A stretch of 63,996 nt of DNA, the filler included, from Craspedostauros australis (lineage: Eukaryota): assembly GCA_030167865.1 (NCBI GenBank). It is 8 parts of 8 records of this genome, joined end to end, with 100 filler letters (N's around TTAATTAATTAA, not from the genome) between each part and the next. Parts side by side here need not be neighbours in the genome. Positions count along the whole stretch, not along the records: positions 10,299 to 16,462 come from JALAGF010004912.1; positions 16,563 to 43,687 come from JALAGF010004914.1; 6 more parts are not named here. One strand, written 5' to 3'. Below the pieces are notes generated by a model. That model saw nothing but the letters and a program-made list of their open reading frames with translations, did not search any database and was not told the origin of the DNA. Within the stretch, counting starts at the first letter, position 1; every line of letters begins with the position of its first letter. Positions 13,901 to 25,390 of the stretch are shown piece after piece. The position numbers were made by a program, and so were the translations under genes.

Positions 13901-15350
13901 AGGTCCCACTCGAATGAAGCAGCGTTTGTGCCAACAGCCATCACATTGTTCAGGTTGTGGCGGTATGAATAGCAAGTGAATAGTTTGTTGCCCATGCTGT
14001 TTGTTACTGCTATCTGAAGCTTGCGCGGGCCGTGCTTTCCAACGTCCATCTGTGGATTTCCTGGTGCGGTCCAGCCACCGAAGGTAAATGGCAGGTGAGC
14101 GTGACGCTTGTGCGTTCCTTCAAGGTCTGCGTCCTTGCTGATGAGATCGCGCGAATTTAGTTCAGTGTTGTAGCCGCGGTCTGCCATGAGCGTGACATTG
14201 CGGAGGCTCCCATTGGTTTTTGCCATTTGGGAGAGGAGGGCCATGCTGTCTTCATGAGGCTCGTCACGAGATGCAGCAAGGCCAACAACAAGACCTGATG
14301 CACTCTGCACAAGGGTATTCAATCGTATGCTGACAAATGGAAGAAGTGAACGAGGAGAGAGGAAGGAGAATAGAATGAGATGGTGTCAGAAAAGTGGAAC
14401 AATCATTGCCAACACAAGCGCACGAGATAGACTTACCCATCGCGGTTTGCATGATTATGTCGCATGAGAAGCAAACAACTTCTGTCAGCATGACTCCGGC
14501 AATGGACCTTGTCATCATCGAGAGTGACGATGCGACGACCATTGCCATGATTCAGACAGATCTTTGGAAGGCATAGGTTGAATACCTTTTCCAGCTCTGC
14601 CCAAAGGAACCGATGGCCTCCTGATGATGCAGTGTCCCCGTTGTCCCTGATTTTGCTCCAGGTGGCAATGTACGATTCTTTGGATGGAAATGCATCCAGC
14701 TTGTCGACGACATCAGAGTCATAGAGGCGTTTGGTGGTGCACCCCAATGTCATCTGAGCCAAGAATACGTACAGAAAGCTTGCATAGCTGCCATAGGGGA
14801 TTCCCAGCCCCCCTGGTCCAAATGCATCAACGAAGATGGAAGACGAAGGTCCCAGCACGTAGCGCATGAGGTCGTGTGGGGTGGGCACAAAGGGGCCCAT
14901 TCCTGGAGGAGGCTTTGGAAACAGTCGGAGCACACATTGACGAGTGCTCTGGACTTCCATTCGAAGCTGAGCCAAGGCCAAACTATGGGCGCCGCTGACG
15001 GTGACAGTGGTTCCATGAGTGGCTGGACAAAGTACATGCCACTCCATGGAACCCCTGCTGTTGTCCTTTGGCGGAGGAAGGATGACCCGATGGGTGCAAC
15101 CATGCCTTGTAGAAGGTCGAACACCAAACGCACCGACAAGCGTAGGGGGTGGTGGATCCACAACACCACCTTCGTCATCGCTGTGGACGGAGGCAACATG
15201 AACATGGTTGTTGGGATCGTGATCATGGTCACTGATACCGTCATGGAGAAGGCGTGGGGCATCGATGTTGTTGGTGGCATGAGCATCAGCAAACTCGTTG
15301 TCGATAGCCTGGATCATGTCAAGGGTGTTGTTGTTGTTCACAGCTGCCAT
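10967..15350 (-). CDS. piggyBac-like DDD transposase with embedded YqaJ-like nuclease domain and C-terminal Cys-rich domain; exons 15350-14437, 14329-12510, 12366-10967 (~1377 aa)
   Basis: Two GTAAGT...AG introns (14436-14330 and 12509-12367) join three ORFs in frame, total 4134 nt. Transposase motifs IVTLDDDK, LMADRGYN and RWNAFKGGSDVITRM (compare piggyBac YNxxKGGVD), plus CVVC...WLCMRCHLFAC. YqaJ-like motifs QGDHLWFMQRRFAFTST, LGHTCE, ASVDF, VEMKTR and QLLHH. Confidence 0.8.
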
Positions 15351-15671
15351 GGTTGAGAGTTGGTTGCGGAGAAGGCAAGAGCAGGAGCAGATAGTCTGAT
15401 GTCGAAATGAAGTTGGTGGGAATGTCCTGATTCGAAGGAGGACCGATGGAGACTGGGAAGAGGTGTTGGCAGGAGCATCAATGCGGACAGGTGCGTTGTG
15501 CAACAACAATGTTGTAGTTGTTGTCGAAAGGAGGAGAAAAGGAGACGACGCGAGAGACAGCATGAAATTACAACAGCAACAGATCAGAACACACAAGGGA
15601 AAAAACGGGAAGTAATCGAACCAGTCGATGCGGAAATCGCACCGTCTTAAATCTCCACGTTAAGTTTATTT

Positions 15672-15755
15672 TTGCATCCTGACGCAACAAATTGGGAATC
15701 TCCGGGTGACTTGCGTCAGGATGCAAAAAATGGCCCTTTTTGCACCCTGACGCAA
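15672..15755. repeat. Right subterminal trio of the same 16-bp box
   Basis: 15672-15687 (rc), 15711-15726, and 15740-15755 (rc, one mismatch). Confidence 0.85.
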
Positions 15756-15793
15756 AAAAAATTCTCCGTGGATATCCATAATGAGGGTTTTCA

Positions 15794-16454
15794 TGTCTGT
15801 GGAGACAAACTCTACGTAGCTTGTCTCCACAGACAAATTGAAGTCTCAATTTGCCTCCACAGACAAATCGACCCCCATTTGCCTGTGGAGACAAACGGAA
15901 GGTCGCCGAAAATGTCAATGTACTACTTAAGTCCCATGTTCCTCCACGATGTCCCGTGTTGCAGAAAAAAAACGGATTTCGCTCCGAAACCCGAAAATGG
16001 GTTGATTTTTTTTCTGACTCCTTCGACAAACGCATTTATTTGGCGATTTCAAAAAAAAACCTCGCGATGCAGCACGGCGTCATTGGTCATGTCTCAGGGG
16101 TTCCTTTCCGTGCGCCTGNNNNNNNNNNNNNNNNNNNNNNNNNNNNNNNNNNNNNNNNNNNNNNNNNNNNNNNNNNNNNNNNNNNNNNNNNNNNNNNCAA
16201 CAACACCAAAATCCTGGCAACGGTGTAACACAACAAGGAGGGTGGAGCACGAATCATGATTATTGTTTGTTCAATTACCACAACTGCAGCGATTATTATA
16301 GATTTAAGACATGAGTCATGTCGTGAGTCGAGATGGCCAGCGAAAAAGGGTTTGAAAAAAAACGGCTTCTCGTAAAGAGTATTTGGGCTAGTCCGTTGAG
16401 TCGCAGTTTGTCTGTGGAGACAAATGGACCCCAATTTGCCTGTGGAGACAAATT
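15794..16454. repeat. Cluster of TGTGGAGACAAA-type motifs in both orientations
   Basis: Copies at ~15798, 15821 (rc), 15851 (rc), 15884, 16413 and 16441. Confidence 0.8.
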
Positions 16455-16462
16455 GCACCTCC

Positions 16463-16562
16463 NNNNNNNNNNNNNNNNNNNNNNNNNNNNNNNNNNNNNN
16501 NNNNNNTTAATTAATTAANNNNNNNNNNNNNNNNNNNNNNNNNNNNNNNNNNNNNNNNNNNN
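16463..16562. other. Artificial contig spacer
   Basis: N-run/TTAATTAATTAA/N-run. Confidence 0.97.
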
Positions 16563-16638
16563 TTTTATCAAAGCTCACAAGGACCCTTCCCTCCACTGCT
16601 GCTGCAGTACCAGCATGCACCATGCTATTCTCTGCCAC

Positions 16639-18003
16639 CTAAATGCTGATGCTGGTACGATGCTTGCGCTCCGACATCGTACCCCGGCGCAATGGGACGG
16701 AAGGGCGTGCGTGGCGCTCGCTCTGGTGCGTGACGGGGTCCTCCAACGACATGGATCGGGTGGGATTGTCGTTGAAGTACCGGATCTTTGCACCGGCACG
16801 CGGAGGGGGTGAAGTGGGTCGCTGGTTGGGTGATGTGGACGATGCGACGGAAGTGGAGGAGACTGTCGATTTAGGGCCGCTGGATCGTTTCTTGGCGACG
16901 CCAATCTTGGACAGGCATGCTTGATCCAGCGTGATGGACGGATCTCGGGAGGAGACGGATTGCAACGATGGGAGGCGTCGCATAGACTCGCCGGACACAG
17001 AACGCTTGCGACGGCTGGGGTCCTTGGAGGTTGGGCGCTTGCCAGAACGCGAAATGTGTCTGTTGGTCGATTTCGAGGTGGTGCCATGCATCACTTTGCG
17101 CCCGTCCGATTCCACCGATCTTGCTGAGCTGCTGACATTGCTGTCGCTCATGCTATTATCGCTTACATATGACACGGGGGCGCCTTGGCTCTTCTTTGGG
17201 GATTTCTTCGTATTCTGCTTTGTTTTTTGTGACTGGTTTGTTTGCTTTCTTTGGTGGCTTTTCGGGCGTCCTCTTGGGACACACTGCCAGCTTCCTGGAT
17301 CGTCCAACCCTCTGCTTCGTCTTTTCCATTTCCTTCGTCTTCCTGGATTGCTTTCTGGGTTGCTTCCGACCCTTGCTCTTCTTCTTCTTCTTGTGCTGCT
17401 GCTTGTCACAGGTTGCCTTAGTCTTTTCAACATATTGCGGCGTCTGGCCGCCATCGCAAGTTGCTCCACCTTCTTTTCTTCCTCCTCATTGTCATCGGAT
17501 GACGAAGAGCACGACACAGATCAAGATGACGACGATGAGGATGACGATGATCCGCAAGATGAAGATGACGACGATGATGAATCCGACGATTCTTCATCAG
17601 ATGAAACGGAAACATCCAAATCCACAGAGGACACCGAACAAGATGATGATGAGGATGACGAGCATGATGATGAAGATGATGACGAAGAATCGGAGTGCCA
17701 GTGGGAGTAGGAATTCCTTGGAATCACGTTGGACATGTTCAACACAACCTGCGGTGATATTGCTGGTGCGATTTTGCCGTTGCGTTTCGACGTGGCGGTG
17801 ATCTTCTTCTTCGTCTTGCCCTTGTTGTTGCTTGTCTTCTTGACACTCTTCATCTTCGGTGTCGCAGATGGCGACGTCGCACGTTTGATTTCGGAAGAGT
17901 GCTTACGCAGTCCAGGTTTCGGCGCGCCCATGTTGTTGGAAGACATCTTGGTACTGCGAACATCCTGGCTGGGTGGTTTTGCGATCTTGGCTGTCATCAG
18001 CAT
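16639..18003 (-). pseudogene. Low-complexity Ser/Lys/Arg-rich ORF interrupted by one in-frame TGA
   Basis: ORFs 17521-18060 and 16639-17517 share a frame and are separated by TGA at 17523-17521 inside a poly-Ser tract. No domain recognised. Confidence 0.4.
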
Positions 18004-18576
18004 GTTGAGATGTACATGTGAGTATATGTCGAGATGTACGTGTATATGTGCATCGTTCACCCGTTATTCTCTCATACGCACTTGGACGGTACAACTGCAT
18101 TCGTGTCAATAGTATGCTGTGATTCGTCAGAATTACAGTGGAAATGGAACACACGAAAACGAGCAAGATTTCTGGAGGAAATTTGCAATCAACGATTTCT
18201 GAGAGAATCAGGAATATCGTCCGTCCATCCATCAATGGAAACGTATGGTACCAAGCGAATCTTGAGGTACCTCCCAACTAAACCCCAGATGACGATATCA
18301 TCTGACAGACCATCGTATCATCAATGGAACATGACATCTGGAGAGCAGAAGGACGCCTACTGACGTCGACAGGATGTCATCATGTCACCATGTCGACATC
18401 TGTCTCCATGTCAGAAGGTGAAGATTCAATGACCGAAGGGCATCGAGATCATGGATACAAGAGGTGAAGTTCAAACGGTAAGTACTCATGGAGTAGGAGC
18501 CAGTACTGAATGAACGGAGTGTCAAATGCGGAGTACGCATCGAACACGGAGTATCGTGTAACATGAACACGGAATA

Positions 18577-18579
<3 letters not shown>

Positions 18580-18613
<34 letters not shown>
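18580..18613. repeat. (AG)n microsatellite
   Basis: Visible dinucleotide run. Confidence 0.95.
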
Positions 18614-18615
<2 letters not shown>

Positions 18616-18830
18616 CGATAGCAGCGAGAGAGCATTTCACGTACCGACTCATAGTTGGAGACCCAATCTACAAAACAGACAGACGTGCCGAGATCATCAG
18701 GCAAGACAGCTGAGACACCAAGAGGATTGGAGTGCCAACGTAATGAAATAGCACACAGAACGACTATCAACCAACATCGTCTTCCATGATCGCAAGGTAT
18801 CCATTCACGGAACTTGCCAACAGATCGATC

Positions 18831-18991
18831 CATACAACTCAAAATAGGACCAAACTCAAAAATGTATTGGTTCACTATTATATTGATAAGGAAATTGTAG
18901 GGATGTCGAATATGTGTTTGGTTTGGATATCGCAGATCTAAAGTTAGAATGTTAATTTCAAAGTGCAGGTCGACTCGCTCGAGGGGCTCTT
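18831..18991 (+). repeat. Dispersed AT-rich repeat, copy 1 (homologous to 48059-48214)
   Basis: Collinear shared blocks AAAATAGGA, TATTGGTT, GAATATGTG, GTTTGGATATCG, CAAAGTGCAGGTCGACTC and GGGCTCTT. Confidence 0.75.
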
Positions 18992-19471
18992 CGAAATATC
19001 GCGACCAACGACGTACATCTGGACAGGCAGAACAAAGTCATTCCGAATTGAAACTTGTTCGTTGTTTTTGGTTAACGAACGCTTTGATGTGTCCGTTCGA
19101 CAGCTTCTCAATCCTTTGTGGAAATCGGAAGCCGAAAAAGGATCGTTGCGAAAGCGAAACACAACGCGAACAGTCGATCGTCCTCGTTCTGTTGCCAGCA
19201 ACTGCCTCGCATCACTTCACCTCATCAGTTCATCGATTGACGGAACAACAAAGCCACACAAAAAGTGTAGAAGCATCGCCAGCATCAACACTATCATCAG
19301 CGTAGCGGAAGCACCATCAGCATCAACATTATCATCATTTTGGTGGTCCTCCTTCGGTCGGCATTGTTGCATCGTGGCAGCAGCTCCATTCCTTTCCACG
19401 CTAGGACCGTCGCATCTCTGGCTGCCGTTCGAGACATCCACCAGCGCACGCAACGACGCATCACCGCAAAC

Positions 19472-20725
19472 ATGTCCGCAGCAACAGACGACGGCGACGC
19501 CCCGTCAACCCAGACTGCCGTCTACTTTGGGAAGTACGAAGGCAAGGCCTACGAAACGAAGGAGGAACCCATCCCTTCCAAGGACCACGTCCGCAAGGGG
19601 CACGTCCTCGTTGAGGTGCACGCGGTGGGATTGAATCCGGTCGACGCCAAGCAGATCGTCGGAGACAAGCTGCCGTACGGATGGAACACATTGCGCAGTT
19701 CCGCCCACAGCCTGCTCGTCAAGAACACGCGCGTGGGCATAGACTTTGCCGGGATCGTGATCGGCGTCAATAGCAAGGACGGATCCGGCGGTGGGCATCC
19801 GCTGCCGGTCGGGACTCGCGTCTTCGGGGCGATGCCGCCGCTGCATGGATCGGCGGCAGAGATCGTGCAAGCGCCGATGCATCAGATCGCCAAGGCCCCG
19901 GAGAACTTGGAGCTGCACGAGGCCGCCGTACTGCCGCTGGTGTCGTTGACGGCGTGGCAGGCGCTGCATCCGCACATCGTATCCAACCAGTCATCGGTGC
20001 TGATTGTCGGTGGATCGGGAGGATCCGGTCATGTCGCTCTGCAGATGGCGCGTGCGCTGGGTGCGAGGCACATCACGACCGTGTGTTCGGAAAGGAGCCG
20101 CGATCTCGTCGTCTCGTGTGGCGCCACCCACGTCGTGGATTACTCCAAGGGTGAATGGGTGGAGGACGGCACGACCGGTCATCTCCGCAACGATGCGTTC
20201 GTGCGACAGCTGCAGGAAGCTCCGGGATGTCCGTTCGACGTCATCCTCGATTGCGTCACGAGCGCCGATCCGGACGATGCCAAGTTCAACTATCCTGCCA
20301 CCATTCAGAATCCGAAGAATGGGCTGGTCGCGAGCAAGGATAAAAGCATATCGGCGAGCGCTGGTCCTGACGCGGAAGCATCGGAATCGCAAGCTGCTCC
20401 CATCACGACCTACCTTTACCAACGGCTGGGCGGATCAAGCCCGGACTGGTTCCGGGCTACGTTGGATCGCCCGAGGATCCTGCCCAGGAGCTTGGTTTGG
20501 TTCCCACATTCCCGCGAGCAGCTCTTTTGGATCAAGTTCCCGCATTGCGCGAAGCAGCTAGACAATTTTCGCAGGCTTGCAGAAGACGGCAAGCTCGTAC
20601 CGCACATCTCCAAGACGATCGATGGCCTGTCAGCCGCAAACATTCAGGAGGGCTTTGATGATATCCTCCAACGTCGCGTCAAGGGCAAGATCGTCGTGCG
20701 TGTAAAAACGAAGGACGAGCAGTGA
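19472..20725 (+). CDS. Medium-chain dehydrogenase/reductase (zinc-independent NADPH:quinone oxidoreductase / RTN4IP1-like)
   Basis: VLVEVHAVGLNPVDAK, GIDFAG, AAVLPLVSLTAWQAL, Rossmann VLIVGGSGGSGHVALQMARALGA, C-terminal RRVKGKIVV. Start placed at the first ATG. Confidence 0.9.
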   Translation: MSAATDDGDAPSTQTAVYFGKYEGKAYETKEEPIPSKDHVRKGHVLVEVHAVGLNPVDAKQIVGDKLPYGWNTLRSSAHSLLVKNTRVGIDFAGIVIGVNSKDGSGGGHPLPVGTRVFGAMPPLHGSAAEIVQAPMHQIAKAPENLELHEAAVLPLVSLTAWQALHPHIVSNQSSVLIVGGSGGSGHVALQMARALGARHITTVCSERSRDLVVSCGATHVVDYSKGEWVEDGTTGHLRNDAFVRQLQEAPGCPFDVILDCVTSADPDDAKFNYPATIQNPKNGLVASKDKSISASAGPDAEASESQAAPITTYLYQRLGGSSPDWFRATLDRPRILPRSLVWFPHSREQLFWIKFPHCAKQLDNFRRLAEDGKLVPHISKTIDGLSAANIQEGFDDILQRRVKGKIVVRVKTKDEQ

Positions 20726-20854
20726 TGGTCATTAAAAGAGAGTGTGGTATGGCATGGTAGCCATACGTACGTCCGCACAAGACATGCACAGCACCAGCGT
20801 GGTCAGTAATAGTATAATAGTATCCTACAAGTACATGTATGTTTAGGGACGGCA

Positions 20855-22357
20855 TCAAGCTTGATGAGTGCGCATCAATCCCAGAGGAATTCCGCTTTGT
20901 CGCAGCAATTCAAATACAACATCCAGCTTGCTGCGACAACAGCATTGAGAAAGGAGATACTGGAACCCTGCTGCTGCATCCACGTCGGTTCGCGACGCCA
21001 ACACCTGCATGCTGTGTCGGATTTGTCTTGCTCGCAGTAACGGCACCACATGGTCTGCGTACAGATCGCTTGGCTGAAGGTGCGAAGGGCACATCTTCAA
21101 CTGCCGCAAATGCTCCTCTTGCCGGATGATATCGCACAGCTGCCGCGTGTTGCTGTGGGCCTCGTCGATATCGCTGGCTGCGTGGCCAGCTCTGTACGTC
21201 AAGTAGAAGCCAATGTGCGTGATATGCTCGCACCGTATCAGCTGATGCAAACGGGGCAGCCATGCACCGCACACGCCATCCAATGTCACCGTGTTGATGC
21301 TTGGATTCTGGCAGATCGCGCTCATCAGCGCCTCCATGCGTCCCGGGTGGATGGTTCGCATCCCGATCTTGCGGTAGCGCAGTTGTTGGAGGCTGGTGAT
21401 CCTTTGCAACAGTGCAAAGATATCCACATGGCTTGGTGCGTCACCCTCCTCGATGCTGACTTCAGCTGTGACAGGATTCAGATCGGAAACATTCTGCAAC
21501 ATCTCTCGGCATATGCGATGCAGGGCGCAGAATTTGGTGAGATGCAAACACTGGGCATGTTCCAAGGCCCACCGGAATGTGGGTATGTCCATGCTGGCCG
21601 TGGCGGTCACGCGATCGAGTACGCAGGTGGCGCAAGCTTCCTCACCTCGTCCTTGTTGGATTGGACCGAGAATAAGCAGCAGCGGATGGACCCGATGCGA
21701 GATCTCTACGGCTCTGGAGCTCGTCTGAAATAGTGCGCGCAGAAAGCGACGGAAACTCTGGAATTCTGCATCATCGTTCAAATCGTCACCGAGCTGCCGA
21801 TGCTGGGCGAGCAGGACCTTGTCGGATATCGACAAGATGCACTTGTTCATTCGGAATTGTCCGAAGTGCGATGAGCTGTGCCCGTCTGAGAACTGGCTGG
21901 TGGTGCAGATGCTCACAATCCCAAACACAATGCACGTGTGTTTCTGAACAGCGTCCTCCAGATGCGTCCACTGACACCCACGCTGCAGGATGATGTCCCA
22001 TTCAACGTGGGGGGTATCCAGCGTCAAACCTCGTCTGCCGGCTGTTGTTTTGCTGCTGCCGCTGCTGTTTCCCTTCATGGTGTCATCGTAATCCACAAAG
22101 ATAGAATGCGGCTGGGTCCATTCCTGTTGATTCCGTTGCTGCTGCTGCTGCTTGATTTGCGCAACGTCGTCACCCTGCAGCAACTTCCACATCTGATCGG
22201 CACATGGATGGGCATCCACGTTGATAGTTGTGCTGGTGCTGATGTTCGAGGCAACGCCGTTGCTATCGTCGCTGCCAATGCTCTGCATCTTGGCGTCGAC
22301 GGTGCTTGCAACTCTGTCCCTGTTTTCACGATGCTTCTGCCTCTTTTGCCAGACCAT
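20855..22357 (-). CDS. Hypothetical protein, paralog A of a tandem pair (possible degenerate LRR/RNI-like fold)
   Basis: Long ORF collinear with 22902-24410: [55 protein letters not shown]...FELLRQ. Start codon uncertain. Confidence 0.7.
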   Translation of the reverse strand: MVWQKRQKHRENRDRVASTVDAKMQSIGSDDSNGVASNISTSTTINVDAHPCADQMWKLLQGDDVAQIKQQQQQRNQQEWTQPHSIFVDYDDTMKGNSSGSSKTTAGRRGLTLDTPHVEWDIILQRGCQWTHLEDAVQKHTCIVFGIVSICTTSQFSDGHSSSHFGQFRMNKCILSISDKVLLAQHRQLGDDLNDDAEFQSFRRFLRALFQTSSRAVEISHRVHPLLLILGPIQQGRGEEACATCVLDRVTATASMDIPTFRWALEHAQCLHLTKFCALHRICREMLQNVSDLNPVTAEVSIEEGDAPSHVDIFALLQRITSLQQLRYRKIGMRTIHPGRMEALMSAICQNPSINTVTLDGVCGAWLPRLHQLIRCEHITHIGFYLTYRAGHAASDIDEAHSNTRQLCDIIRQEEHLRQLKMCPSHLQPSDLYADHVVPLLRARQIRHSMQVLASRTDVDAAAGFQYLLSQCCCRSKLDVVFELLRQSGIPLGLMRTHQA

Positions 22358-22901
22358 CTTCTGCCATCGTACAAGTGCGGAGTGATTTGGGATTCTGCTC
22401 TGCTCCAATGAGGACTCCTGCCGATTTCTGCTACGCAAGAACGCAGGAATGGTGAGGCGGGCATCGAGTTGGGAGAGGCGGGTTGATGTGTTGCGCACCG
22501 AAAGGCTGTGAACAGAAAAGGTGGATCATGAAGACCGGAAGGCAGCCCATCGCAGATCCAACCAAGTGGCTCGCACACGAGGTGCTGTATCGCGAGAGGG
22601 TTCGGATCTTTCGGAGCTCTGTGGAACAGATTGCATCCGTTCCGACGGATGCACAGAACTCCCAGTTCATCATCAATGCAGCGAGAGGGCACCAGACCAC
22701 ATCGCTCGTGCTGCTCATGGTCGATACGATCCAAGAGTATTGCACGTACGGATGCATGTGAGAACGTGGACTTGGAGGAAGAACAGGGCGCTAATGAAAG
22801 AGCAATCATCTATTGTAGAATATCATATTTGCGGAATTGATTATATAACACGTAACAGCATCAGTGCGTGTTGAAATATGAACGGACATCGACATCGTTG
22901 A

Positions 22902-24857
<1,956 letters not shown>

Positions 24858-24976
24858 TTATTCAAATCCCGTGATTGCCTCTAATCACGAGAAAAACAAT
24901 CGTCACTGCGTTGACCATTGTTTTGATGGGACGATTTGATGGGTGTCGAATCGAATCGGCGTCACATCACGCTGCC

Positions 24977-25001
24977 TGATGTGATGTGATGTGATGTGAT
25001 G
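24977..25001. repeat. (TGATG)n microsatellite
   Basis: Five tandem pentamers. Confidence 0.9.
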
Positions 25002-25390
25002 CGCGTGCTTGTCATTGCGGCACTGAGCGCATCGCAGCGAGAGACCGTTCTTCTTCCGGCTCGCAAGAAGCACGAGCTGCTCATGCAGTGCTGTACCTCG
25101 TTGCCGATTTGTTTCGTGTCATCGTCATCTGTTCTGGACACCATTGCGAAGACAGGTTTCGTTGGCGTTTGCTCTGTGGAGGAGCTGCATCACTCCGATT
25201 ATTAGCACAGTGGAGAGAAGGCTGAGATCCGTACATCGAGAACGAATATCAACAAAGGCACACCTGCTATCCCTGCACTGTTCCAATACGCACAGGTGCT
25301 CCACGTGCGAGTACTCAACGTACAATAGATCGTGGCTGTTCCAAGAAGAGTCCCAACAACGCAAAATCAACCCAGCACAACCCAATAATC

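Larger units (their letters stand above)
10511..15784 (-). mobile_element. piggyBac-like DNA transposon with inverted subterminal motifs; true termini not identified
   Basis: Spliced transposase gene flanked by inverted copies of AAAATTCTCCGTGGATAT (10516-10533 rc, 15758-15775), TTAAATCTCCAC (10623-10634 rc, 15647-15658) and several TTGCGTCAGGATGCAA boxes. Confidence 0.78.

Noticed and set aside
10343..16102. CCCCTG...CAGGGG as terminal inverted repeats of the transposon
   Set aside because: Only 6 bp match, adjacent sequence does not extend the match, and no TSD is evident.
1..16462. A composite RT + integrase + transposase + nuclease system or operon
   Set aside because: The three elements are on separate contigs joined artificially, so their proximity is not biological evidence.
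10243..16518. TTAA sequences flanking the piggyBac-like contig as a target-site duplication
   Set aside because: They belong to the artificial TTAATTAATTAA spacer present at all seven contig joins.
18963..18976. GTCGACCTGCA (SalI/PstI-like polylinker) as vector contamination
   Set aside because: The match is short, lacks the rest of a polylinker, and sits within a diverged genomic repeat also seen at ~48186.
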